From Catajapyx aquilonaris (lineage: Eukaryota), in assembly GCA_000934665.2 (NCBI GenBank), contig KZ538009.1, forward strand, positions 62,001 through 126,000: a stretch of 64,000 nt of DNA, in the 5' to 3' direction. Every line of letters begins with the position of its first letter. Position 1 is the first letter of the stretch. Shown here piece after piece: positions 39,301 to 52,800 of this stretch. The notes under the pieces are model-generated. The model saw only the letters and a program-made list of their open reading frames with translations, was not told the DNA's origin and made no database searches. Made by a program: the position numbers and the translations under genes.

Positions 39301-39986
39301 TTTGGATTGATCTTTTCTGAGAAGGCAAGCCTCGACTCTCCTTTATATAGGAACTGGAGCAAAATTGATCGCTCTTTTTCTTTCATTACAAAAAGCCCCC
39401 TGCTACAGTGTGTATTCCAAGTGTCTTTAGAACCAAGTCCACCTTATCCCTAAGGAAAGGTACTGTAGTGAAAGTTATTCATTTCCAGTCAACGAGACGG
39501 ATCTACTTCTTCTACTGTATAATAGGCACAGTTTGTCGGTGTGTTCCACTTCCCTTCCCCTCTACCACCCCTTCCAATAGACTCCCATAGCAACGGGTTA
39601 CCATGGCACGGGCACCATTGCAACAGTGTTACCATATATAGGAAGGGGATTCCCCAATCCCCGTGCGAAGAACGGGCATAGCTACTGCTATAGTATGTTC
39701 ATAATAATACTCACGTTGAGCTAGAGCTACGAACTACCACCAGCCGTTTGTTTGTATTTTTATTAAACTTGAAACTGGCAATGTAACATTCAATTTACTG
39801 TTTGCCCTCAAGTTGTTGAGACAAACTTGTACACAATAATTAGGAACTGAAACGTTACCCGATAATTAGTCCAATGGTTATGCCACGTTTCTATGGACAT
39901 TTGTACCCGAGAGCCACATTCCACGTAACAAGGTTCGCACTGCGTAGTAATTGCAGAATTATTCTTTAACAAATGGTAGCGGACCC

Positions 39987-40153
39987 GTTGCCAAATTTTG
40001 GCAACACCGATTGGCCCACCCTCCAACTTGGACCTAGTGCGATAGGCCAATACCAGTTGGCGCACAGGCTCTCCCTCTGCACACTACTGCCGCTCTCAGG
40101 GAGAACGTAGAACTACATGCGCGTTGGTGATGAGTCACTGCGCGGACAAAGTC
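39987..40153 (-). repeat. Dispersed repeat family A, copy 2 (most complete; terminal hairpin GTTGCCAAA-T-TTTGGCAAC)
   Basis: Homologous to 353-497 and 43799-43856. Palindrome at 39987-40005. Confidence 0.85.
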
Positions 40154-41249
40154 CACCAGGGCGCTCTACTACTCTGCCTTCTTATTGTTGAACGGGGAAA
40201 GTGAAAGTTATGGTAACTACTACTTAGATGATCTCTCAACTTGTTCATGGGGTCACGGATGGCGAATTCTGTATTTTAATGATGAATACTCAATATGAGC
40301 GCTGCTGACTCCAGCCTGTCAGAAATTCTGTTCTTTCGTTATCAGGCAACCTACTGACCCAGTTGTCTCTCTCCATGATTTTTTTTTTCCTCCCATCCCC
40401 ATAAGTGGAGAGAGGAGGGGAAAACCCGTGGAACAAAAGAGCAGCATTTTGGCAGCCAGGCCATATAGCTCGTCAGTGATGGACATAAAAGGTGCGTCGA
40501 GGGAATTCCCCGATTCGTATATACGTCTGCTCTTCCCCCTCTCCACAAAAATATAGCCACGAGGCCAGAGAGGCAAGCCCTGGCTATTGGCCTGGTTAGA
40601 GCATCCGCGACACTCATTTGAGGACAGGGATATAGGGAGGGGGGGTCACTTTTGACTCTTTTTTGCACCACAGCCGAGTGTTGCCGACACATGATGCATG
40701 CGCTGCTTTTCGACATCGGATTGCTTTTACTCCACCCCCCCTATTCTAACCCTTGCCACACCGGAGCATATTTTTTTAGAGGTGAAAAGTTCTGAGTAGA
40801 ACACGCAAGGGCTAGGCTTGCGGATAGATAATCGGTTTGGCGGCCAGGGGAGGTAGAAAAAACAACAACGGGGCAAGGACGGTACTGTAGTTAATAAAAT
40901 TACGGCGCACATGCTGCGGGAAACTAGTAATAAAATTATGTGAACGCACTGTTGTAATAAAATTGAGGGGGACATTTACTTGCCTCGGGTAAAATTTGGC
41001 GGGTATGTAATCAGGAAAATTGCGTTTGGATACATCGTTCACCTGAACCAACAGAGCGGGCGAGCTTGGAAATACTAGTTTTTGTGTGTGTAGGCGCTAA
41101 TGAAACTGGTGTACACCCGTGGTCCTTGCTTTGAAGGGGACGCATCATAGATCCCCCACACATGCTGCAGTTTACGCTCCAACAAAGTTGTCTACGTGGC
41201 AACAAAGTCTAAAAAATTAGGCACGTAACAAGCACTGTACATAAGTTAA

Positions 41250-41296
41250 ATGAAATTGCATCGTCAGTATTCAGGTCACTGATGATACAATTTCAT
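41250..41296. repeat. Short inverted repeat (19-bp arms, 9-nt spacer)
   Basis: ATGAAATTGCATCGTCAGT / ACTGATGATACAATTTCAT, 17/19 complementary. Confidence 0.7.
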
Positions 41297-42378
41297 GTCA
41301 TCATAAAATAATTACTATCGACTCTCAGAATGCTCGTTACTCGTTACATGCGTAATGTTCCACCCTTGTGAGTCTTTCTTTTCAGTTTGTTTATTATTGA
41401 CGTTTGATAAAAATTGCAAAACTTTTTTTGTCCGCTTCCAAACAAAGTTTGGTCCTCCTTCCTTGCACACACACAATCTAAAAGTTCAGTCGGCAGTCGT
41501 TGAATTTCACAACTTGACTTCCACGTTCGTAGCCGTGATACGAATAATAATAACCCCGCCGATCACAGTTCACTCGACTTCGTGCTCTGTCACGAAATCA
41601 CTCAATTATTGACTCCAGTTTCCGTCTTTCTACCTGCAAAAAAAATTTCGTTTTTTTCCCCCTCTCGAACCTAGTATTACTATGCAGTACCCCCCAGCAG
41701 ACCCGGTTCGGAATAATATCTTATCACGTATCGATCTAGTAGTAATTGAATAGACCACGGCAAAGTGTCCCTGCGAGGATTTTCAAAAGGGATCCAGGTC
41801 ACAAACTCACTTGGTCTCTACTCGACCACCTCTTTTGCCGGCCATGGGAATAACAGCCATCACACGTTCCCTGAAGGGTACGTATGGTCGCGTAGATAAA
41901 AATTAAAACGCGCCCTAGCACTCACTGAATAAAAAGCCGTGCCTAAAGGGTTGGAGGGAAAGGCGTGTCTCATGGAGGAAAAAAAAAGTGTGTTAGAAGG
42001 GTTCGGGGGGGGGGGGGGGGNGGGGGGGGTGGCAGCAAAAGTCGCGCACCCCCCCGGGAATTTTTCAAGAGCTCTCCAAAAATGGGTCCATAAAAGAGAA
42101 AGCCCCCGTATAGTGTCCGGAACTTTGGTATACAGACACATAGGGAAAAAAAGAGGGGCGTACTAATTTATGAGTTACTCCTAAGTACATCCTGCCCAAT
42201 GGAATCTAGCGGATATAAAAAATCGATTTTGAGTAATCGGATTAGCATAGAGGTTTTAAAAGAAGTTCAAAATCGCCATGTATGAGATATATAACTGACC
42301 CCATGTACTTCCGATCCTTGCAATAAATGTGATCAATATTATATACACGATCGAAAGATGTTAATTGTTACTACTGAT

Positions 42379-42446
42379 GACATTGGGTGGAATTTCCGTC
42401 CCACTTAGCAGTAACTAGCAGTGGGACGAAAATTCCACCTATTGTC
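42379..42446. repeat. 68-nt hairpin (27-bp stem, 14-nt loop)
   Basis: GACATTGGGTGGAATTTCCGTCCCACT pairs with AGTGGGACGAAAATTCCACCTATTGTC: 24 Watson-Crick pairs, 1 G-U and 2 mismatches. Confidence 0.85.
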
Positions 42447-43798
42447 TTTAACAATCTGGCTCTGCAATAATTCTGTTGAATTTTGGACGGATCATATAAT
42501 CTTCGTTCAAACCTGTGATGGATGTAAAAGGTTTGCCCAAATCTTACAGTAACACTTAGGCCAAATCATTCCCACATTAGCATCAGGGATGAACTGGTGA
42601 ACAGCAAATATTAGCAAACCATGCGGACAAGGTGAATTTCGCATCACTCTGTTTCTATTCCCCCACACACACTAAAAAAAGGGGGGAAGACCTGTCACAA
42701 GCCCAGAGAAGGTCGAAAACTTGGTTGCCAACTTTACAATTTCAGATCAGCAGGCAAAGTTGAGAAGGTCCCCCCCCCCCCTCGTCCCTCCCCCATCCCC
42801 CTCCTCATTCGGAATGCAGAAAGTTGGCTTGTTACCTCTTGATTTACGCCAGCGCGACAAAATCGATTACGTCGCCTGTCCATTCAGCCTGCCGACGCTG
42901 CTATTGGAAACCGATTTGATGAAACTTGAAGGGGGGGGGGGGGATGGAGAGGGAGAGAAGGGGATGGGGGAAAAGGGAAGAAAGTTGCTCGTCTGATCCG
43001 TCTTCACGCACTTAACCAACTCGACTGGAGATGTGAATCATTCGGGATCGGCAAGTAACTCCTGGGATATCAGAGAAGCGTCAATAGAAGAGGTCAAAAC
43101 TGAGTTACGCAGTGATATGCGATTTGTCATATTGTCTCGGGACAAGGTGATGCTGCACAAACGTGGCGTGCAACATCTGGAACCTAAAGCAAAATAGCAA
43201 TTTCTTATGAATCCAAACAGAATTATACTAAGCTAACTACCCTCGCTGTACGCAACTGTTAAATAATAACTGTTACGTCCACAATCTGCCTGCCACATGA
43301 ATATTTCTCTGTACAGGTACGTAAGTAATACCGCAGGCAAACTCTAAGCAAAAGTGTACGCTCCAGATGTAAATATTTCCAAAATAGTCAATGTTATGTT
43401 TGCTCATCACTGCAGGCGCCCAATTTGAGCCCAGCTCATCGGGGCATGGCACATCCAAAACTTGCATTGTTATAACTTGCAATTAGAATAATACAAGTCC
43501 GCTTCCAAGTTTATCCCGCATGTGAAACCGCCGGGAGAACGTCAACATTCCGGAGCTGGAACAACAAGGGAAGGGTTTCTGCTGCTCCATCTGCAATACA
43601 TACATTTCGGTTGCTCAGCATACCCCCAGACGCATAACAGCCTCAAAGTAATTGCGGGCCGGAAATAGCATAATTTTAGGTGCAGCTACTCGGAAGTAGC
43701 AATCACTAACGTTGCTTCCATGGTTTCCACATTATTTTACAGTACATCTTTACTCTTACAGTAGGCCTACTAGTAGCAGACTCGTTGAAGGTAGTACA

Positions 43799-43856
43799 TA
43801 GGCCCCTACCAGTCGGCGCAGAGGCTGTCCATCTGCACACTACTTCCACTCTGAGG
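43799..43856 (-). repeat. Dispersed repeat family A, copy 3 (fragment)
   Basis: 49 of 58 nt match 40043-40100 in the same orientation, by manual ungapped alignment. Confidence 0.8.
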
Positions 43857-46800
43857 TACTCTAGTACTCTCTAGCACTCTGAGGTCACTGCTACTTCGTA
43901 GCTGCGATCACTATTGGCTGAAAAGGTTGGAAGTGTCGCATAGGGGCGTTGGTTGTCTAGAGTTGCGTGTGTGTGGCAGGGTCCGGCATTGAAAAAGCTT
44001 AGTAGAGAGAAATAAGCAAATGGCGGTGCGGTGTGCATGTATGTAGTTCCCCCGCCTCTGTGTTTCAGCGTCAGGCGCGTTGGCCTGGGCCTCTGCCTGC
44101 CTGCCTGCCGGGCTCGTAAATTGGATGAGGCGACGGAGCGAATCGGTCCAATCTCACGCCGGGGAATTCCCCTCTCCCCTCCTCCCCCCTTCTCTCTCTA
44201 CCCTCACCTCCTTTTTTTTTGTTCACGTCCACTCTGCTGCTGTATACTTCCATCGCACCAAGCCAACCCTCCTGACACGATGCATCGCACTCGATTATTC
44301 CAGCCCGTCCTGTATGCCCCCCCCCTAACACCAACACCCGCCCATGCCACAGGACAGCCAACCCAGAAAATTAAAACTAAAGCCTCTCCATGCCAGCCAC
44401 TGACATTGAGACATTGCGGAAGAAGCGACGCTAACCAAGAATGTGACGGAAATGCACACAAAAAGTGTGAGGAAAAATAATCGCGTTTCTGTCGCTCAAG
44501 CCTCCGGAACCCCCCCGTGTAGATAAGTGGATGGAGGAGGTTACCTGGGGAGCAGTAAAAGTGCCGGAGTCCGTTTTGGGAGGTGGAAAAGTGATGGGGA
44601 TGGTTTGCCATCCTTCTGATAAGTATTAGTTGGGATTCTTCCATAAGCTTCCAATATATTGTCGCATGTCATATTGTCAACAAGAAACAAAGAGGAGAAT
44701 GTGCCAGTCGCATTACATGGCACATAATGATTCAATTGCACTGTTTACAGCAAACCAGCTGTCCTCATTCTTCATTAATTTTTTTTGTTGCCCAAAAGTA
44801 GGTATAAAAAGTGTAAACACGTCCAGTGTAGCGCCAATGTCAAATCCCTTATCTACTACGTCACTTAGGTGCGGAGCCGCCGTCAGCCTGAGCTTTATTG
44901 ATGAAAGGTAACATGCACAGGGGGCCTGGTGTAGTATTAACATGGCCCGTGGATTGTATACACAAACAATTTGGTAGTTTCCAGAGCTAGCTGGAATTCG
45001 GCTATCTAAATTGCAGGGCAAGACAATCTCGCAGTGTCAATACTATGCCTCCGCGTCGGAAGCTATTCGAGTCTCAGGGTAGGTAACAATTAAGGTCAGA
45101 TAAGTTATGCAGGTTCTTCGATCCGAATGTGACAACAGCACATCCCTGCATTTGAACTCTAGGTAATTCCCACAATTTCAATCTAGATCTAGAAATTTTT
45201 CAGTACCTTTTTTTATGGCGGCAGCAAAAAATATATATCGAGCGGGTGACGTCGACAAGGCGTCGAGATAACTGGTTCGTGAGAAACATTTTGCTGCGAA
45301 CAGTCAATAAATGGGCCAAAATACTGTAATCGACTTGGACGCCAATGGAAAGTAACTACATTATGTGAGAAGCTAGAAGGTCGGAATGGTTGAGTAGATG
45401 TGCAAGTCAGATCTTTCAAACTCAAAGGACACGACATGTTATGAGGGATGGTAGGCCATGTCTCAAGTAGGGAAAGAAATTTATTATTATTGTACTTATA
45501 CGTAAAATAATGTCACATTCTAAACAGATGAATTCTGCCTTATTGAATAACACTCACCGGAAGGAACTGTAACGGCGAAGAAATCATAAATATAGATAAC
45601 ACCCCGGTACAAATAGAGGGAACACGTAACGGCCAGGGGTTCCATCAACAGTATCCCATGTAATCTGGAAATGCATGCAAAAAAATCAATGTTGACATTA
45701 ATCCGACGCGCGGTCCCGGATTATCCGGAAAAGCATGCCAGCCCCACGTCCAATAGCAATATTATCCGAGAGACTTGAGCATATCCAAGGTTAATCTCGA
45801 GCATTTTCCGCAACGTTGCCTGGTTCGATTTGCCCATCCATAAGACATGAGAGGGGGCTTGTCCCACTTTCTTATGGAATACCATTGCCATTCTTCAACT
45901 CCAGATACCGGGCTATCCATTTCCAAACAAACTTTTCTTAGAAAAAAAATACAATTTTCATCTAGTTCTGCAAATGTTATTCAACTTCTCACGACGACGG
46001 CCAGTTGCTCTTTACCAGTCTGTTGTTATTTTGAGACCTGCTGTGATTTTAGCAACCTGTACCACCAAAAACCTGCCTGAAAGTGCCCCCAAAAAAGCGC
46101 AGTTGCTCGGCACTTGAGTCACGTCACTGTACTGGGCAGTACCTGACATCCATTCTAGAGTGACGTCGCCCCTAATGTAGCGCCAAGGTTTAACGCTACC
46201 ACGACCGGAAACACGGCGTATGAAAATTGCATGTTAAAGGTCCTATATTGATCTGGGGGGACTTGGCCGCCGTCCTAAAATTCGGCTGCCCTACAGCGGA
46301 CACATTTAAAGCGGATCCTTCATTTTCGGACAGTGCGATTTTTTTGCGAAAAAAACATAGCAAGAAAACTGTGGCTTAATTAAACAGGTCTGTTTGGACA
46401 CGTGCCTGCATAAACTGACACTCATGCATAAACGGGACTGACCCGTAATATGTTTGGAAAAGAGAAGGAGGCTGGGAGATTATAATAATGGACCAACCCT
46501 TCAAAGGGTCTGCTGGCCGTGCTCTCAAATATATTCCTCCCCCACCGGAAAGAGAAGGATTATCCGGGTGGATAGACTTGGTTTCCACTTATTCACACAA
46601 TCCCGAAATGCGGATGTGGTGAAAGTGGGCGAAGTGAGCGAATATCTTTGCAGCAAAAGCCCTTAGCGAGACTATAATTGCGCCATAAATGCATCCCGCC
46701 GTGAAATCTGCACACACTGCTCTCTCATCCTGCGCGAAATATGGCGGATTCGCTCGTTCCTCTTTGTTGGGCCTGCTGCATGGTCCTGGGTGGTAAAATT

Positions 46801-49800
46801 GGGGGTGGGCTGCTAGGAATAGAGGGATTCCCTCTCAGACCTTCGAAAGATGGGATTATAGGCTGTATACACACGGTATGTCTATATGGGACACATTATC
46901 CGGACAAAGGAATGACCACTCCACAGGTATTAAAATTTGACTCTAACTACATGGAGCAGTTTAAAGTGGGCGATTAACTACTAATATTTCCGTTTTGTAC
47001 TAATGGATCAAAGTGGCCTGTTATTACTGTACTATTGCATGTCGTTGCATTTTTGTACGCACCATTTCATTATTTACGCTCCTGAGTACAGTAACCTCGC
47101 TCCGATACACATCGCACGGTTAACCGCCTCGAGTTATGTCACAATTTTTTTTTTTCTACTTCCACTCCCGTCTCTGAACCTGCGCATCAAACTTTCCATC
47201 TAGCTGTTCTGAGTGACAGGAGCCAGAGTCTCCGATAAAAATCAAAGTCTAGTTTCGTGAACTATTGAGTGAGGCTCGCATGTTCGCCCCGGAGTTTGAC
47301 AATATTATCAAGTTGGTTATGGATCCGGTGCGAGCGAACATGCTGCTTGCTGCTGCTGGCACGTTAATTATGCACGCGGCCCGGTAATGGAAATAAAAAA
47401 TTAAGGTCGTGCCCAACTCCTCTCTTTACCCTCAACCTCTCCGTGCATTCTTGTACTTTCCCAATAAATCTGAGCCCCCCACCCCCTCCTCCGCCACCGA
47501 ATCCTTCGAATGCCTCCAGGCCAGTCTGTAATTGTCCCAACGAATAACCCGGTCTCTAAGTATATTCTTCCACCACGCCAAAGTTGGAGAGTAAATGCCT
47601 GGAATTTCTCCTTCCTTAACTCCGGCTTAGCCCTCCTCCCCCACCCCTCAAGTAATCCCTCTGGTGGCAGAAAACACCAAACTCAGAGAGAACTGGATTG
47701 GAGGACTCCGAGAGAAGAGCAGCAGACCTTGTGCTCCTTTTCCAGTACAATTCAGACTGATGCACCGGACTCATATTTTCTCCAAAAAGTTTTTCGCAGG
47801 ACAGGAAGAAATTTTGTAGACGTGTAATTGAACGACTATTTCCGAAAGATTCGAAAAGTGGCCGGTTGGAGGCGCTGGTGGGACTCCAAAAGTAACTGAT
47901 TAATAATAATGAGAGCGTTTGTGCAAAAAATTCGTCAAAGTAATTTCCAGAAATGGTTTTTTTTGTGCACATCATCAGAATTATTCGTTAAGAAAAACAT
48001 GTACCGGCGTGGGCCTAATAGAATTCAGTGCCACGAGAGGATCTAATGACCTGTATGATAATGTCGATAACGTAAAACTCGTCGACGCAGGTTGACAAAC
48101 AAAGCTGGTCGGGTCCAGTGGATGCAAATGAATGGATGGATGCACGGCCGGATGAATTCATGAGGCTCGATGAGCACTGAATAGGAATTTGCATTTTGGA
48201 ACACGATAGGAAACAGTTAAATTATCATCCGCGTTGACTGTGCTATTCTAACTGCCGCACGCAACGTTTATTAGCGGTTTTTTTTTCGCATGTCGACTCT
48301 GCCACACCCTGTATAGTTCGTGGGGGGCTCCCAAAAAAAATATTTCCCGATAAGTGATTATTGCACCAACAGCGGGATTCAAGGCGTGAAAATAACGCGT
48401 CTCTCTCCAGCCGACAGAGATTAACAGGCTTCAACAAAATGAAAACTAAAACGGACCCCCATTCATTTAGATCCGGCAAATTTTAATCGAGTGATTTAGT
48501 TGCCCGCCGTTTTAATAACACCGATTAAACATCATTTTAATCTAGTGAAACTGTTAAACCCGACATCACACACAGCATTTACTATTAACATATTAGACAG
48601 AGGCTCTCGAGAGTGTGTAATGATCATGCCGTTTAATTGCGATGGAAGCGGATATAATCGTACATTATTATTATTATTCCGGGTACTTATTATCACTGGT
48701 GCATAAGATAAAACTGGTTTTTACTGACACAAAATGTATTACGTAATATCATAGCAGTTCTTTAGTTTTTATTTGGGCTTTTATCCCTGATACTGTTAGA
48801 ATAAACCTCCTTTTTTGTTGAAAAATAGTGCATGCTCGTATATGATGAGCGACATCTCAGCATTTTTGTTCCTCGATGTTTAATACCCTTCACATCCGTG
48901 CTGTTCAGCTGGCAACAAACCCGGCAATAACAACAATATATGTAACAAAAAAAACCATTCAGAGCGAACTGCAACAATGTCACTGCACACCAAACAAAAG
49001 TTAATTATATCTTGGATCTGTTGTAGCTCAGAGGCTACCTTTTCTCCTAACGGTATGTATATAAAAAGTGGGGGTCCCTGATTTTGATCAAGCTGGAAAC
49101 TAACATGTGTATCGCGAACAATACCGAAATAAACACCATGAACACACAATAGACCAAAGCATGTCCTTAGGATCGATATACGTGCCCAAAAGGCCCGTTC
49201 TCTCTCTCTTTTTATTTTTATTCAGTGCTGCCTTGTGTGTATGTGTGTGTCGCGAGCAGGGTTGGAAGCCGATGGGTCTAACGGCATTTCACATCACATT
49301 ACACTCGCAGGCTATTCAATCCAAGTGAGCCGTGTGACACAGACAATTCGGTAGGCCTGTACAACGTTGCGTTTCCAGCCGCAGCAGCAGCACAACCAGA
49401 ACAGACTGGGCTGCATTTTTTTAAAACCCGGACAACACACAAAAACTTAGCCCTAGGTTGTGATCAACCCGCTAGGGATAAACAAGCACACACGGCGAGT
49501 TAACCAGCGATTTGTATCATAATAATATGCATGGGCTTTTTCCTATCACTCGGCAAACATTCTGCAATCATCAGAGTAAAAGTATATATCAGACGGCCAA
49601 TGACCTGATAATATCCCGCACAAAACAAATGCACCAAATAATCTAGATAATATTGATCGGTAATATTGGCTGGATTTGCAAAGTCTGTATGGCTGACAAA
49701 ATTTGATGCACAGATTAGGCTGATCAATAATATAATTAAGGAGCGCTGCAGCTTCCTTGGATATGTTTAGATTAGTCATTAACTAATCGCGTTGGAAGAA

Positions 49801-52800
49801 ACTTCTCTGCTGCTTTTAATGATGTGCAGTTCCAACTAGAGCAGACATTTAGCAGAATATGATCGTGTGATCTACAATTATTATGATTATAAAGTGGATA
49901 AATAATAAGAATATCTTTCAGTGTAGCCTACTGCTTTTCTGTCGGACTACCATGTGTACATACAGGCCTAGCTATTTGTATATCCCAATTACATGGCATG
50001 TACCTTATGGCGAACACTGCTGCAGTCAAATAGGCTTACATTATTCAAATTCACTTAGAGTACACCACGGTCCGCAAATGCCCGGGATCCCGCTAATACA
50101 ACCTTTCTCAAAGTGCACCTCAATAATTCAAGCTAAACCTCCTCGACTTTGGCAATGAATTGAATTATAACTGCCTGCCTATACTTAATCGACCTATCTT
50201 ATATACATTTCAACCACACAAAGCAAAAGCCCTCGTTCGAAATTTAATACTGCAGTTACGACCACATCATCTCTTATTCCAGTCTCTGGCAAAAACCGCT
50301 GCTACTAGTCCTAACTGCAACGGTTTTAATTAATTAGCTACCCCCCCTCCAACTTTCCCGCGCCCTGTACACGCAATCACTGAGAGTGTATGAAGATGGT
50401 TTTGCGGTCTGCAATTGTAACTTGGGGCAGCCCTCGAAATGGGACCAACGCCAAACACATGCGGTTCAGTCCATCCTTCCTCGATTTGTGTCAAGCAATG
50501 CTGCTCTTTGCGCTAAAACCAGTGTACGGACACTTCTCTTTTGTTGCTGCCCTTCCCCTGGCCAATTACGGTCCGTTTACAGCATGCTGAATACTGGTGG
50601 AGAGAGAGAGATAGGGTGGGCCATTATGACGCCCCTCTCCAAAATCTTCCCCCATGCCAAACCCCTGTTGCATTGCCTACTTAATCCATTTTCAGGTTGC
50701 GTGAGTTGCAACTGACCGTGGACGACAGCCAATCACGGCCTCGTTCAGATTCAATTAGTAGCCGCGATGATTTGATTTTAAAGCTCGTCCAGACAGCCTA
50801 GGGGAAGTTCCACCTCCGCCTCCGGGCTGTCCACCATCCCTTCGACTAAAACAAGGGACATTATCCTCATGAATGTACTCTGCGAGTGTGTGTGTGACCC
50901 GCGGGCTAATTACCAGAAAGCTTCTATTAATATTTGAAAGCGGAAACGACGTTCGCGTGGCTCCGGAGATATTATATGAGCTGCTCCTGGTCTTAATTAC
51001 ACCCCGTGACTTGAAATTCCTTGAATCACGGGTGACGTCACTAGGCTCGTGGGACAATCCCACGGACACGAGACCTTTGCCACCGAACTGCCAATACCAT
51101 CGATCCTAAACAATTAGTCCAATTAGAGAGGACCCCCCCCCCCCTCGTTGCGTCAGAACAAAGATGAAAGGGGGTGGAACACATGAAGGGATTGCTGGGT
51201 CAGTAAGGCTCATGCTTGTTAGCGTAATTGGTCATATCATGTAACCAGTTACGACAATGGGGACAACACACTGCATCATGCAATAAGCTCAATTAGTGGG
51301 TGTACCGCATATTTGGAACGATTTATTTGCAGTGGTGAAATGAACTGGAATGATCATAAAAAAATAGCTGCCTGATATTGAATTACCGCATGTAAATAAT
51401 CGAATTAAAATTGTAATAATATTAATAGTTTAAAATAATTATATGTAGAATATATATCGTGACCGAATGTGGTTAATTAAAAATCTAATATTCTGCATGA
51501 CATCCATATGCATTAAATAGTACATTTCTACATTATTTTACATAACTATGTATTAACATTTTGTCAACTTATGCCTTGATTTCGAGTGAACAGCACATCA
51601 TGCTGTATAGGAACTTATTACAATTCATGAATTTCAATAGGCAAAGTTACCTTCCCTGACGCAGAATCCAATTCCCAGTGATTAGATAACGACAAAAGAA
51701 GTACTTTTCCCCAATGAAAATGGGGGACGTGGAAATAAGTCCCCCCAATTTTTTTTTCTCTTCACAATAAAGTCGCGGGTCCCCATTTGCACCCCACAGT
51801 AGTGTCCCTCTGTTGGAGGAAATGATATGCTAAATCGATTTGGACAAGTGAAGGCGAGTTAGTCATGCCAATGGGGATGTGGGCGGAATGGTGTCCCTCC
51901 AAAAAACCGGTCCCACAGACGTCATATTTTTTTTTTGCGTTTGATGTACCGCGATATTTTTTTTAAAAAAAAAGGGTGTCCTACAGCCATGGAAATTCGC
52001 ACCATGTCGGAATTTGCGAGGGGCCAGGAAATAATCCCGCATTAAAATATTGAAACGACAGACTCGCGCTTTTGCAATACTTACTAGAACCCACTTTTGT
52101 GAAGCCCTTTTTCTCCAAAGTTTGATGACAGTTCTATAAGAAATCCGTGGTTAAAAATCGGGAGTTCATTGAGCAAGTTCTCTTTGCCTTGTCGGCTACC
52201 ATTGAGAAACTCGTAAAAATGATCTGAACATAATATTGCCGAGTTCCCGTTCAACTGATTCAGCCTGCCCACCTCAATGCCTGGGGTATCCCCTCTTGAA
52301 AAGAGTAGGAGCCACTGTGAATAGGAGCCTTCATTAGAGAGAGCCTGCCTTTCCCTTCTTTCTCTCCACTTTATAAAACGCGGAATTGATCGCATTGCAA
52401 AGAAAAGGACAGCCGCGGAAAAGGCACGGATTTGACTTATGTGCAGACCACTTTCTATTAAGGATTAGGATGGGCGCCTTGCCCCCTTCCATTGTGTGCT
52501 ACTCTGTGTGCCCAGGGGTTTCATCTTTCAGCCCAACAAAAATCTGGTCCCTTCAATTTTGCTTCTAGGATCAGCCAAATCGAAACGTACCAATACACTC
52601 CCCATTTTTGTGCTCAGGAGCTGATTGAATCAAAACAAACTTGGCCTCAATTCTTAATAAAGTTTCCTTTTGCTGAAGCAACAGTCCACCGCTTGCATTT
52701 TTTCCTGGACCTTTTTTCTAGACCAAATGTCATCCGGAAGTTGAGTCATGATTTATAATCCGGGCCGGCTAAGAGAACCGGCACGCTCCGAGGGTGACAT

